Origin: Cryomorphaceae bacterium BACL29 MAG-121220-bin8
Lineage (GTDB): Bacteria > Bacteroidota > Bacteroidia > Flavobacteriales > Flavobacteriaceae
Assembly: GCA_905182765.1 (NCBI GenBank)
Contig: CAJJCV010000030.1
Location: 3,478-67,477, forward strand
DNA length: 64,000 nt
Direction of reading: 5' to 3'
This document shows, piece by piece, positions 8,810-18,701 of this stretch (its first letter is position 1; every line of letters starts with the position of its first letter). The notes under the pieces are model-generated. The model saw nothing but the letters and a program-made list of their open reading frames with translations. It had not been told where the DNA came from and searched no databases. The translations under genes and the position numbers were made by a program.

Positions 8810-9379
8810 ATGATTAATCTAAAAGAAATTTTTACGGTCGGAATGATTCTTTTTGCTGTTATCGATATTATCGGTAGCGTACCCATAATTATTGAATTAA
8901 GAAAGAAGGTAGGGCATATACAATCCGAAAAAGCCTCAGTCGTTTCTGTAATAATAATGATTGCATTTTTATTTATTGGAGAAGAAATTTTAAATATTAT
9001 AGGAATCGATGTTAATTCTTTTGCTGTGGCCGGTGCATTTGTAATATTTGTTATATCCTTAGAAATGGTGCTTGGTGTTTCTATTTATAAAGACGAAACT
9101 CCAGAAACTGCATCAATAGTTCCCATTGCATTTCCTTTAATTGCAGGAGCTGGAACTTTGACCACACTCTTGTCTCTTAGAGCAGAATTTCAATTAATAA
9201 ATATTATTATAGCTATTCTAGTCAATATTTTGTTTGTTTATTTAGTCCTAAAATTTTCAGAAAAAATTGAAAGAATTTTTGGAAAATCAGGAATCGGGGT
9301 AATAAGAAAAATTTTTGGTGTAATTTTAATGGCGATTGCAGTTAAATTATTTGCAACTAATATCCAAGGGTTATTTTAA
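8810..9379 (+). CDS. MarC/UPF0056 (NAAT) family integral membrane protein
   Basis: 189 aa with six hydrophobic segments and the typical N-terminus ..LFAVIDIIGSVPIII.. Confidence 0.7.
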   Translation: MINLKEIFTVGMILFAVIDIIGSVPIIIELRKKVGHIQSEKASVVSVIIMIAFLFIGEEILNIIGIDVNSFAVAGAFVIFVISLEMVLGVSIYKDETPETASIVPIAFPLIAGAGTLTTLLSLRAEFQLINIIIAILVNILFVYLVLKFSEKIERIFGKSGIGVIRKIFGVILMAIAVKLFATNIQGLF

Positions 9380-9380
9380 T

Positions 9381-9572
9381 ATGAAAAAAATTTATTTCTT
9401 TATAATTGTCGCAGTTTTACTTTTTGTTTTTAATCTTACTAAGATTGATTTTCAAAATTTATTTTCTGAAGACAGTAAAATTGGGTTAGCAGGTGTGTTA
9501 GCATGTGTTTGCACAATTCTTCTTTTAATTATTTTGTCTATATCAAAAAAAATAAAAAGTAAAAAAGATTAA
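9381..9572 (+). CDS. Small two-TM membrane protein (hypothetical)
   Basis: The in-frame ATG at 9381 (MKKIYFFIIVAVLLFVF..) avoids the 44-nt overlap with the MarC gene that the track start at 9336 implies. Confidence 0.4.
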   Translation: MKKIYFFIIVAVLLFVFNLTKIDFQNLFSEDSKIGLAGVLACVCTILLLIILSISKKIKSKKD

Positions 9573-10000
9573 GTTTTAAGGTCTTTAACATGGATAATTT
9601 CAAGTCCTGATTCTTTTAGGAACTCTAAACCAGTTTTGTCTTTGTATTCAATATTATAAACTAGTCTTTTTATACCAGATTGGAATATCAACTTACTACA
9701 TTCTTTACAAGGAGACATTGTGATATAGAGTGTAGAATCTTTACTTGATTGAGTTGATGAAGCTACTTTCATTATAGCGTTAGCTTCAGCATGTAAAACG
9801 TACCACTTTGTATAATTTTCATCATCTTCACATATGTTTGCAAAACCAGATGGAGTACCATTATAACCGTCTGAAATTATCATTTTATCTTTCACGATTA
9901 ATGCTCCAACTTGTCTTCTTTTACAATACGATAATTTTGCCCATTCTTGAGCCATTTTTAAGTAGGCAATATCATATTTTTTTTGTTTTGCTGAGTTCAT
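9569..10000 (-). CDS. dCMP (deoxycytidylate) deaminase
   Basis: Zinc-deaminase motifs HAEANAI and PCKECSKLI. 143 aa. Confidence 0.85.
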   Translation of the reverse strand: MNSAKQKKYDIAYLKMAQEWAKLSYCKRRQVGALIVKDKMIISDGYNGTPSGFANICEDDENYTKWYVLHAEANAIMKVASSTQSSKDSTLYITMSPCKECSKLIFQSGIKRLVYNIEYKDKTGLEFLKESGLEIIHVKDLKT

Positions 10001-10001
10001 A

Positions 10002-10595
10002 CTAAATCATTTCGTAAATCAAATTTAAAGATAATAGTATTATAATAACTGACACCAGTTTTGCTTGAATTAGATGGTCAGATAAAATAGACTTCTTTTG
10101 TAGTATTAAATTAATTTTATTTGAAATTGTATTAATAATTAATATGGCTAATACTATAATTAATTGAGATATTTCAACTCCTGCAGCAAAACCTATCAAA
10201 GGAAATACTTTTGATTCCAAAGAGTCTGTTAACATTTCAAAATAATTTCCAAACCCAAAGCCGTGTATAAGGCCGAAAAAGATTGAAAACATATATTCAA
10301 AAAAACTGTTTTGATTCTTTTTATAAAATATTATGTTATATAAAGCTGTTAAAATTATTGTTGTTGGAATTAAAAACTCGATAAGTTGAGAGGGTGGATT
10401 GACTATTTTAAATGTTGACAAAATCAAAGACAAAGTGTGACCAAAAGTAAAGAAGGTTACAATCCAGAAAACTGTTTTAATATCTTTAAAAGTATATACT
10501 ATTGTCAGAGCACATAAAAAAAGCAAATGATCAATTGCTGACCAATCTAGTACATGAAAAAGTCCCAATTCTAAATAAAATATTAAATCGTACAT
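10002..10595 (-). CDS. HupE/UreJ-family membrane protein
   Basis: 197 aa, polytopic, with conserved His residues in TM segments (FGHTLSL, LIHGFGFG). Confidence 0.55.
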   Translation of the reverse strand: MYDLIFYLELGLFHVLDWSAIDHLLFLCALTIVYTFKDIKTVFWIVTFFTFGHTLSLILSTFKIVNPPSQLIEFLIPTTIILTALYNIIFYKKNQNSFFEYMFSIFFGLIHGFGFGNYFEMLTDSLESKVFPLIGFAAGVEISQLIIVLAILIINTISNKINLILQKKSILSDHLIQAKLVSVIIILLSLNLIYEMI

Positions 10596-10608
10596 GTTTT
10601 AAATATAA

Positions 10609-11298
10609 TTAAAAACCCCTTTCATCTTTAATATTTTGATAAGCTTTTTGAATTTGTTGAAATTTATCTTGAGCAGCCTTTACATAAACGTCTCCCAGGT
10701 GTTGAATTTTATCAGGATGATGTTTTTTTGCTAAGTCTCTATATGACTTTTTAACCTGTTCATTAGTTGCAGATTTTTCTAACTCTAAAATTTTATAAGC
10801 ACCATCTGTTTCTTTAATAAACATAGCTTTAATGCTTAAAAAATCTGCATAGGATAGTTTAAATAAATTTGAGAACTCTAATAATTTTTCAATTTCTAAT
10901 TTACTTATTGTTCCATCAGCCTTGGCAATTCCAAATAAAAAATGAATCACTTGAAGACGGCTTTCATAATTTAAAGCAACATTAAATAGCGTTGATATTT
11001 TATTTAGAGATATTCCTTTGTTTTTTACATTCTGATTGAAAATTTTAAAAACTTCATTTGCTCTAGTTTTTCCATAAGCAGTAACAAAATATGTTCTCAC
11101 AAAATCTAATTCATTTTGAGTGACTTTACCGTCTGCTTTAATCACCATTGAAGCTAGAGCTAGTAAATTAATTTCAAAATCTTTATTAGATATTTTACTA
11201 ACTCCCGACTTAAAAAAAGATCCGATAAAAAACCCCAAAGCAGCTCCTGGTAATCTAAAAAAAGTATATCCAAGTAAAGCGAATATCCATTTGTTCAT
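10609..11298 (-). CDS. DjlA-like co-chaperone with an N-terminal TM, a TerB-like domain and a C-terminal J-domain
   Basis: J-domain motif YKILELEKSATNEQVKKSYRDLAKKHHPDK. The central part resembles TerB (ADGKVTQNELDF.. / ADGTISKLEIEK). Confidence 0.75.
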   Translation of the reverse strand: MNKWIFALLGYTFFRLPGAALGFFIGSFFKSGVSKISNKDFEINLLALASMVIKADGKVTQNELDFVRTYFVTAYGKTRANEVFKIFNQNVKNKGISLNKISTLFNVALNYESRLQVIHFLFGIAKADGTISKLEIEKLLEFSNLFKLSYADFLSIKAMFIKETDGAYKILELEKSATNEQVKKSYRDLAKKHHPDKIQHLGDVYVKAAQDKFQQIQKAYQNIKDERGF

Positions 11299-11396
11299 TT
11301 CTAAAATAATTTATTCAAATTTACAAATGTCCGATGAATTTAATACATACATTTTGATCATTCTTTATTATCTTTGTTTTAATTAAATTATTTAAT

Positions 11397-11807
11397 ATGT
11401 ATCCAGCTGAACTAGTTAAACCAATGAGAGAAGATTTAACCTCTGCAGGATTTGTTGAACTTACAAATTCTAATGATGTTAATGACCAGGTTACAAACAG
11501 TGAAACGGCCGTCTTAATCGTAAATTCTGTTTGTGGTTGTGCTGCTGCCAATGCACGTCCAGGCGTTAAATCGTCCTTAATTAACGAAAAAAAACCAAAC
11601 AAATTATTTACTGTCTTTGCTGGAGTTGATAAAGAAGCAACGGATGCTGCAAGAAAATTAATGATTCCATTTCCTCCTTCTTCGCCATGTATAGCTGTTT
11701 TCAAGGATGGCGAACTTGTTCACATGCTAGAAAGGCATCATATTGAAGGAAGGTCTGCAGAAATTATAAGCGACAACCTTAAGCAAGCTTACGATCAGTT
11801 TTGCTAA
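11397..11807 (+). CDS. Bacilliredoxin (BrxA/BrxB, YphP/YqiW family, DUF1094)
   Basis: 136 aa with a CGC active-site motif (NSVCGCAAANARPG). Confidence 0.75.
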   Translation: MYPAELVKPMREDLTSAGFVELTNSNDVNDQVTNSETAVLIVNSVCGCAAANARPGVKSSLINEKKPNKLFTVFAGVDKEATDAARKLMIPFPPSSPCIAVFKDGELVHMLERHHIEGRSAEIISDNLKQAYDQFC

Positions 11808-13261
11808 TTTGGTATTGGAAAAGTAATTTTAAAAATAGTCCCTTTATTAATTTTCGATTCAAAATCGATTTTACCACCATAAGAATTAACAAGGTTTTTA
11901 ACCATTCCCAGACCCAGACCCATTCCACCAGATTTTGTAGTGAAATTCGGTTCAAAAATATTTTTTCTAATATTTAAAGGTATTCCCGAACCGTTGTCTT
12001 TAACAGTAATTCGGACAGTTTTTGACATTTTTTTAATCGAGACTTTGATTAATGGTGATTTGTTGTTTTCACATGCCTGCATTGCATTTTTTATTAAATT
12101 AGTCATAATTCTTACAATCTGGGGCCTGTCAATATCAATAACTAATCTATCTGTATCCGATTCAAAAACGATGTGTTTTTCTTTGAAAATCTCCAAAGAC
12201 AATCTAACCGCTTTAACAATATTAAGTTTTTCACCTTGCTGAGTAGGCATCTCAGCAAAATTTGAAAAAGCTGAGGCTATTGAACTCATTGTGTCAATTT
12301 GTTGAATTATGGTTTGAGTGAAATCTTCAACCTTTTCTTTGTTTTTTTTGTCGTTAATAAAGTCTCTTTCAAAACTTTGCACGCTTAATTTCATTGGGGT
12401 CAAGGGATTTTTAATTTCATGCGCAACTTGTTTTGCCATTTCCCTCCAAGCTTGTTCTTTGTTAGATTTTGATAATTCTTGAACATTTTTGTCAAGCATT
12501 TCGACCATGTTATTATAAGATTCCACCAAACTATTAACTTCTTTACTTCTAGCTTTTATTTTAATTTTAGAATTTCTTTTATCTAAACGTGTTTGTTTCA
12601 TCTTTAAAGCAATTTCAGAAATTGCTTTTGTCATATATTGAGAAACGAAATATGAAATAATAATTGAAAGTATTAAAAGGAAAAAATAAACCTCTCCAAG
12701 AATTATAAGAAATGAATCAAGTTCATATGAATTTAAATTATCATCGTCATAATAAGGAAGATTTAAAATCCAGAGTGGACTAAAGTTGTCATCTAAAATG
12801 AGTGAGAAAGATGATCTATATTGAATATTATTTATTTGAGTAATTTCAATTATTTTAGAATCTTTTTGACCAAGTATTCTACTCAATAATTCGGGGTTTA
12901 AAGAATTTATCTCATTTTTAGGTAAAGTAGAATTAATTAAATCCCCATCTAAAGAATATATACTGAACTTAACACTTTGCACATCTGAAACTTGATAAAT
13001 TTTTTCGCTCAAAATTGAATCTAGTTTTTTTGGATTTAACTGTGTTTCTGCTTCTTGAGAAAAAAAATAGGCGATACTACGTTGAATTTGAGCTTCTTTT
13101 CTTTCCAGTCTTTTTGAATGATACTTTTCGGATTGAGTTTTAAATTGAGGAATTGTAATGACTGAAAGCAAAACAAATGTAGCTACAACTATTACTGTCA
13201 TGGCTAAAAATATTCTTGCCCTTAAAGATAAATTTGCGTTAAAATTTATTTTATTACTCAA
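11804..13261 (-). CDS. Membrane sensor histidine kinase (two TM segments, periplasmic domain, HAMP-like linker, HisKA, HATPase_c)
   Basis: H-box (AHEIKNPLTPM), N-box (NLIKNAMQA) and G-boxes (DNGSGIP, GGMGLGLG). The TTG start overlaps the hemJ stop by 4 nt. Confidence 0.85.
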   Translation of the reverse strand: MSNKINFNANLSLRARIFLAMTVIVVATFVLLSVITIPQFKTQSEKYHSKRLERKEAQIQRSIAYFFSQEAETQLNPKKLDSILSEKIYQVSDVQSVKFSIYSLDGDLINSTLPKNEINSLNPELLSRILGQKDSKIIEITQINNIQYRSSFSLILDDNFSPLWILNLPYYDDDNLNSYELDSFLIILGEVYFFLLILSIIISYFVSQYMTKAISEIALKMKQTRLDKRNSKIKIKARSKEVNSLVESYNNMVEMLDKNVQELSKSNKEQAWREMAKQVAHEIKNPLTPMKLSVQSFERDFINDKKNKEKVEDFTQTIIQQIDTMSSIASAFSNFAEMPTQQGEKLNIVKAVRLSLEIFKEKHIVFESDTDRLVIDIDRPQIVRIMTNLIKNAMQACENNKSPLIKVSIKKMSKTVRITVKDNGSGIPLNIRKNIFEPNFTTKSGGMGLGLGMVKNLVNSYGGKIDFESKINKGTIFKITFPIPN

Positions 13262-13791
13262 TTTCTAAATCTTTTATACAATTTAATAATAAACAGTAAA
13301 GAACTAATAAATATTATCAAGCCAACTGTAAGTTTGAACCAACTTATATTGTTTTTTAAAACTACTAAAAATACTACTGATACTAATATTACACTTGTTA
13401 TTTCATTCCAAATTCTCATGAAATTAGAAGAATATTTTATTAATCCCGATTGTAATTCTTTTAAAATAAAGTGAGTTTTTAAATGATACAAAACTAATAG
13501 GAACACAAACCCTAATTTGGCTATCATCCAATTTTCAAATAACCAATTTGGAACTAAAACAATCATCCACAATCCAAATATGATTGCTAAAATAGATGAT
13601 GGCCAAGTTATTATAAACCATAAACGATTCATCATTATTATAAATTGGTCCATTAATATTTTTTTTTCTGGATCAGGTTTAAATGATGCTTCAATATAGT
13701 AAATGAATAATCTGGGAATATAAAAAAGTCCCGCAAACCAGGTTATAACAAAAATTATATGCAAAGACTTTATGTAATTAAAATATTCCAA
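13258..13791 (-). CDS. hemJ: Protoporphyrinogen IX oxidase, HemJ type
   Basis: N-terminus YIKSLHIIFVITWFAGLFYIPRLFIYY is typical of HemJ/UPF0093. 177 aa, about 4-5 TM segments. Adjacent to hemH. Confidence 0.8.
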   Translation of the reverse strand: MEYFNYIKSLHIIFVITWFAGLFYIPRLFIYYIEASFKPDPEKKILMDQFIIMMNRLWFIITWPSSILAIIFGLWMIVLVPNWLFENWMIAKLGFVFLLVLYHLKTHFILKELQSGLIKYSSNFMRIWNEITSVILVSVVFLVVLKNNISWFKLTVGLIIFISSLLFIIKLYKRFRN

Positions 13792-13803
13792 AATATTTAT
13801 AAA

Positions 13804-14823
13804 TTATTTAATATTTGCCCACTCATCTATCCATCTACTAAGAGTTTTTACCCAGTCTTTATCATCATTTAGACAGGGTACTACATGAAATTTTTCTCCT
13901 CCTTTTTCAATAAAATCATCTTTAGCCTCCATTCCAATTTCTTCTAAAGTTTCTAAACAATCTGAAACAAAAGCAGGTGTTACAATTGCTAAGTTTTTTG
14001 TTCCTGTTTGAGCAAAATTTTCTACAACTTTATCTGTATAAGGCCTAAGCCATGGCTGTCCTGCTAATCTGGATTGAAAAGAACTCGAGTATGTCCCTTC
14101 CTTAAGTTCCAAATACTGGGCAACTTGCCTTGTGGTTTCATAACAATGATGTCTATAACAAAATTGATGTGCAGGTGATTTTTCCTGACAACAACTACCA
14201 TCAATTTTACAATGTGATTTAGTGATGTCTGTTTTTCTAATATGTCTTTCTGGAATCCCATGATAAGAAAAAAGCAAATGATCCCAATCTTTGTTTTTTA
14301 AATGAGTTTGAATAGAATTTGAAAGAACTCTTATATAATCTTTATGATTATAAAAAGCAGGTAAATTGGTGAATTCGACTTTAGGAAAAAATTCATTTTT
14401 TATTTTTTCAGCTAAAACTAAAATAGTCTCGGTTGAGGCCATAGCATGTTGCGGATAAAGAGGAATAAGTAAAATTTCTGTTACTCCTTTATCAACTAGT
14501 TCTTTAATGCCAGAATGGATAGATGGGTTTCCATACCTCATTGCTAGAGCTATTGGAACAGAAATCATTTCCTTAACTTTATCTAAAAGCCTGTATGAAA
14601 GTACAATTAGAGGAGATCCTTCATCCCACCATATTTTTTTATATGCTTTGGCAGATTTTTTGGGTCTAAAATTTAAAATAATTCCTTTTACTAGAATTGT
14701 TCTTAGCCAAAGTGGCTCATCAATGACTCTTTCGTCCATTAAGAACTCTTTTAAATATTTTTTTACATCTTTAGTTTCCGTACTATCAGGCGAACCTAGA
14801 TTAACAATTAAAGCTCCTTTCAT
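13804..14823 (-). CDS. hemH: Ferrochelatase
   Basis: 339 aa with typical motifs (LVNLGSPDS, LIPLYPQ, SYHGIPE, PAFVSDCLETLEEI). Confidence 0.9.
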   Translation of the reverse strand: MKGALIVNLGSPDSTETKDVKKYLKEFLMDERVIDEPLWLRTILVKGIILNFRPKKSAKAYKKIWWDEGSPLIVLSYRLLDKVKEMISVPIALAMRYGNPSIHSGIKELVDKGVTEILLIPLYPQHAMASTETILVLAEKIKNEFFPKVEFTNLPAFYNHKDYIRVLSNSIQTHLKNKDWDHLLFSYHGIPERHIRKTDITKSHCKIDGSCCQEKSPAHQFCYRHHCYETTRQVAQYLELKEGTYSSSFQSRLAGQPWLRPYTDKVVENFAQTGTKNLAIVTPAFVSDCLETLEEIGMEAKDDFIEKGGEKFHVVPCLNDDKDWVKTLSRWIDEWANIK

Positions 14824-14827
14824 ATTA

Positions 14828-15709
14828 TTAAATTGACATTAGATATTTTTTGGGTGTTGTTCCAAATTTTTTTTTAAAAGCGTTTATAAAATGAGTAGCT
14901 GTACTGTACCCTACTCTAAGAGCTACCTCATTAACATTATAATTTCCGGAGGACAATAATCTTTTAGACACTTGCATTTTATAATCAATTAAGAATGAAA
15001 ATACAGAAGCACCATAAACTTGTTTAAAACCTTGTTTTAATTTCTTTAAACTTATATCAACTTCCTTAGCAAGCTCTTGAAGAGTAGGTGGCTCAATCAT
15101 TCTTGAAATAATAATTTCTTTTGCTTTTTTAATTTTTTTAATATTATTATCATCAGATAAAAAAGGACATTGCTCAATATCCATTTCTTTGTCTTTACTA
15201 AAGTATAAACTCATAAGTTCGAAAACCTTTCCTCTTAAATATAATTTATACATCGTTAGGTTTAGAGATTGCTGATACATTTGATTAAGAATAACAGCAA
15301 TCATTGGGCCAATTTTTTTTTCTTTATAAAGCTTATTCTCAATATTGTCATTGTTTAAAAAAGAAATTTGATCTGATTCATTTGAAAACAAACTGTGAAA
15401 TTTTTTTATTGAAATTAATATTGATATCACTTGGCTATTTGCATCCAATAAAAGATCAATCGGAAGTTCTTTGTGTGGATTATATAACAAAATTGAGTTT
15501 TCATTTTCTACGTTAAAAACATATGAGCCTTGATTAAATAAAAACTTTGAAGATCCTTTTAAACAAAAATGAAATTGTATATAGTCTTTTCCAATTTTAG
15601 AATTAAAATTAGATTCAAATTCATTTTCATTAGTTTGTTTTAATAAAATCACCCCTTCATCAACTTTAAAACTTTCTGTAGATCCTTTTGCGATATTTTT
15701 GAAATTCAT
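14828..15709 (-). CDS. AraC-family transcriptional regulator (N-terminal cupin-like domain plus C-terminal HTH_18)
   Basis: C-terminal AraC signature (..VALRVGYSTATHFINAFKKKFGTTPKKY). Lies 4 nt upstream of hemH and divergent from hemA. Confidence 0.85.
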   Translation of the reverse strand: MNFKNIAKGSTESFKVDEGVILLKQTNENEFESNFNSKIGKDYIQFHFCLKGSSKFLFNQGSYVFNVENENSILLYNPHKELPIDLLLDANSQVISILISIKKFHSLFSNESDQISFLNNDNIENKLYKEKKIGPMIAVILNQMYQQSLNLTMYKLYLRGKVFELMSLYFSKDKEMDIEQCPFLSDDNNIKKIKKAKEIIISRMIEPPTLQELAKEVDISLKKLKQGFKQVYGASVFSFLIDYKMQVSKRLLSSGNYNVNEVALRVGYSTATHFINAFKKKFGTTPKKYLMSI

Positions 15710-15723
15710 TTAAAAAAATTTTC

Positions 15724-15746
15724 TAATTTAGAAGCGTTCTAAATTA
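15724..15746. promoter_or_regulatory. Inverted repeat taatttagaa-gcg-ttctaaatta in the araC/hemA divergent spacer; candidate operator or 5'-UTR hairpin
   Basis: 10-bp perfect arms read directly from the sequence. Begins 15 nt upstream of the araC-type gene start. Confidence 0.35.
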
Positions 15747-15903
15747 AATGGTTTTGGTTTACATTTTATATCTGTAAAAATATAAAAAATTACATAATTT
15801 TAAACACTATTTTAAATAAAAACTTGTGGAGTTATTAATAGAACCGCTAGCGTTATTTTTTAATTAAACTGAACATTATTTTTACATCGAAATAATTAAT
15901 TAT

Positions 15904-17139
15904 TTGAAAGCTCCATTTTTTAACGTAATTGGAATAAGTTACAAAAATGCCAACACATCTGTAAGAGGAATGTTTAGCTTAAGCCTAGATCAATCTAAAC
16001 TTCTTATTCAAGAATCATTAAATGAAGGAATAGATAATTTAATTGTTAATTCAACATGCAATAGAGTTGAAATCTACTCTTCATCTTCAGATGTAAATTT
16101 ACTAATAAAATTACTTTGTAAGTATTCAAGAGGGACTATTAGAGATTTCAAAAAATATGGTTACACTATTGAAGGAGCTGAAGCAATAAATCATATTTTT
16201 AAAGTTGGAACCGGATTAGACAGTCAGATTTTAGGAGATTTTGAGATCATTACTCAACTCAATAATAGTTTTTTAAGGTCAAAAAAATTACATGCAATAA
16301 ATCCTTCTTTTGAAAGGTTGTTCAACATGGTTAAACATGCAAGCAAAAGAATTAAAAATGAAACTAAGATATCCTCAGGTGCAACTTCAGTTTCTTATGC
16401 CGCAGTAAGATATATATTGGATAACATTAAGAATTTGAAATCAAAAAAAATTCTTTTGTTTGGCACTGGTAAAATTGGAAGAAATACTTGTGAAAACCTA
16501 GTCAAACATACTTCAAACAAACATATAACTCTAATTAATAGATCTGAAGAAAAAGCAAGATTAATTGCCGGCAAATTTGAGGTTTTAGCAAAAAATATTT
16601 CTGATTTAAATAATCAAATATCAAAAGCTGATATTTTAATTGTTGCAACTTCATCCAATAAACCAACTGTTTTAAAAGAAATGGTATCTAAATCCAAGTC
16701 GCTTACTATTTTAGATTTATCCGTTCCCAAAAATGTTGAAGATGAGTTAAATTCTTTTAAAAATATAGATTTACTAGACCTTGATTACCTTTCTACGCTT
16801 ACAAATAAGACTCTTGAAAACAGAAAAAAATTTATTCCTAATGCTGAGAAAATAATTAAAGAAATTACTGAGGATTATTATTTGTGGGTAGAAACTAGAA
16901 AGTTTGCTCCAACAGTTAATGCTTTAAAAATAAAACTTAAAAAGATTCAAGAAAATAAAATCAATACTCTTAAGAAAAAAACATCCTCTTTTGACGACAC
17001 TAATGTAAAAGAAGTATCCGAACACTTAATTCAAAAAATCACAAATCAAGTTGCTAATCATTTAAGAGATAGCGATGATTTTGAAGAAGAATTGGAATCT
17101 ATAAAAACGATTTTTCAACTTAATCACAATGATTGCTAA
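15904..17139 (+). CDS. hemA: Glutamyl-tRNA reductase
   Basis: Motifs NSTCNRVEIY, GLDSQILGDFEI and GTGKIG. TTG start as given in the track. Confidence 0.9.
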   Translation: MKAPFFNVIGISYKNANTSVRGMFSLSLDQSKLLIQESLNEGIDNLIVNSTCNRVEIYSSSSDVNLLIKLLCKYSRGTIRDFKKYGYTIEGAEAINHIFKVGTGLDSQILGDFEIITQLNNSFLRSKKLHAINPSFERLFNMVKHASKRIKNETKISSGATSVSYAAVRYILDNIKNLKSKKILLFGTGKIGRNTCENLVKHTSNKHITLINRSEEKARLIAGKFEVLAKNISDLNNQISKADILIVATSSNKPTVLKEMVSKSKSLTILDLSVPKNVEDELNSFKNIDLLDLDYLSTLTNKTLENRKKFIPNAEKIIKEITEDYYLWVETRKFAPTVNALKIKLKKIQENKINTLKKKTSSFDDTNVKEVSEHLIQKITNQVANHLRDSDDFEEELESIKTIFQLNHNDC

Positions 17140-18046
17140 AATAAAAATTGGCACTAGAAAGAGTAAACTAGCTCTTTGGCAAGCAAACTATGCAAAACAA
17201 AAACTTGAGAGCATTGGATTAGATTGTGAAATAGTTAAAATAAAATCAGAAGGAGATATTAATCAAATTACGCCTTTATATGATTTTGGAGTAAGTGGAA
17301 TTTTTACTAAAAGTTTAGATCAAGCCCTTTTAAATAACACTATTGATATAGCTGTTCATAGTCTTAAAGATGTTCCAATAAATTTAGCCTCTGGGCTATC
17401 TATTCATTGTGTTTTTAAAAGAGCCAGTTCTTCAGATCTTATAGTATTAAAAGAAAAATATACAGATTTCAAAAAGACTCTTACTATTGCAACAAGCAGT
17501 ATAAGGAGAAAAACACAATGGTTAAATAAATATCCTAACCATAAAATTGTGTCTCTTAGAGGAAATGTTGAGTCTAGAATACAAAAACTTGAAAAAAATA
17601 ATTGGGATGGAGCAATATTTGCGAAAGCAGGACTTGACAGGCTTTCAATATTGCCAGAAAACAAATTGAAATTAAACTGGATGGTTCCATCTGCAGCACA
17701 GGGGGCTGTTGCTGTAGCTTCCAGATGTAACGAAAATGAATTAAACAAACTTCTAAAATCCATTTCATGTAGTTCAACATTTCATTGCGTTAGTCAGGAA
17801 AGGGAATTTTTAAAATTAATGAATGGAGGCTGTTCGGCACCAATATCCGCATTTGCAAAAATTAAAGGGGATAAGCTTATTTTCAAAGCAAGCGTTTCAT
17901 CTTTAGATGCGAAAAGCATAATAACAGTTGAGGATACATTTGATTATGATGACTTGAAAAGTGGCGAAAAAATGTTCGAAATGATTTTAAAAAATGGAGG
18001 CGAAAAAATTCTAAAAGAACTAAAGAAAGAAAATGAAAAAAATTAA
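17129..18046 (+). CDS. hemC: Hydroxymethylbilane synthase (porphobilinogen deaminase)
   Basis: Motifs IGTRKSKLALWQA, AVHSLKDVP and GGCSAPI. Confidence 0.9.
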   Translation: MIAKIKIGTRKSKLALWQANYAKQKLESIGLDCEIVKIKSEGDINQITPLYDFGVSGIFTKSLDQALLNNTIDIAVHSLKDVPINLASGLSIHCVFKRASSSDLIVLKEKYTDFKKTLTIATSSIRRKTQWLNKYPNHKIVSLRGNVESRIQKLEKNNWDGAIFAKAGLDRLSILPENKLKLNWMVPSAAQGAVAVASRCNENELNKLLKSISCSSTFHCVSQEREFLKLMNGGCSAPISAFAKIKGDKLIFKASVSSLDAKSIITVEDTFDYDDLKSGEKMFEMILKNGGEKILKELKKENEKN

Positions 18047-18701
18047 AATTCTTTCTACTAGAAAATTAAATAAAGATCTAAGACATCTTTTCGATGATTT
18101 AAAATTTGATTTTTATCAGGATGATTTTATTTCAATACAACCTTTAAAGTTTAATCTTCCCGAGCATAATGGAAGCTGGATATTCACAAGTAAAAATGCC
18201 GTTGATGCAGTTTTTTCAATAAATAAAAATATTGATAAATTTTTTAACAAAATTTATTGTGTAGGCGAAAATACAAAATCACTTTTACTCAAAAAAGGAC
18301 AAAAAATAACTAAAATGGCTCAAAATTCATCAATTTTAGCTGATTTTATATCAAAAACAGCAAAAAACGAAGAATTCATTTTTTGCAGAAGTGACATTAA
18401 AAATGAGGAATTTTCTATTTTTTTTAAGAAAAAAAACATAAAATTAAAAGAATTAGTCGTTTATAATAACATTGCAGAACCCATAAAATATAATCAAGTT
18501 TTTGATGCAATTTTGTTTTATAGCCCTAGCGGAATAAAAAGCTTTATGACAAATAATTCATTGAACAATTCATATTGCATATGTATTGGTAATACAACTT
18601 CAAAATATATTAACCAATATTCAGATAAAGTTTTATGCTGTAAAGTACCAACAATTGAAAATGTAATTCGCAAAACAATTAAATTATTTAATAATGATTA
18701 A
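18033..18701 (+). CDS. hemD: Uroporphyrinogen-III synthase
   Basis: Size (222 aa), weak HEM4-like pattern ([14 protein letters not shown]) and position between hemC and hemE. Confidence 0.7.
   Translation: MKKIKILSTRKLNKDLRHLFDDLKFDFYQDDFISIQPLKFNLPEHNGSWIFTSKNAVDAVFSINKNIDKFFNKIYCVGENTKSLLLKKGQKITKMAQNSSILADFISKTAKNEEFIFCRSDIKNEEFSIFFKKKNIKLKELVVYNNIAEPIKYNQVFDAILFYSPSGIKSFMTNNSLNNSYCICIGNTTSKYINQYSDKVLCCKVPTIENVIRKTIKLFNND

Noticed and set aside
9336-9380. The track start (9336) for the small membrane protein, which overlaps marC by 44 nt.
   Set aside because: The internal ATG at 9381 gives a typical MKK-hydrophobic N-terminus and removes the overlap. The upstream extension (MQLNYLQLISKGYFN) is probably not translated.
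11804-15709. Interpreting the AraC protein plus histidine kinase as a split Bacteroidota hybrid two-component system.
   Set aside because: The AraC protein's N-terminal domain shows no receiver-domain motifs (no DD...D...K pattern) and looks cupin-like. The kinase has no receiver or HPt domain. A functional pairing remains possible but is not supported by domain content.
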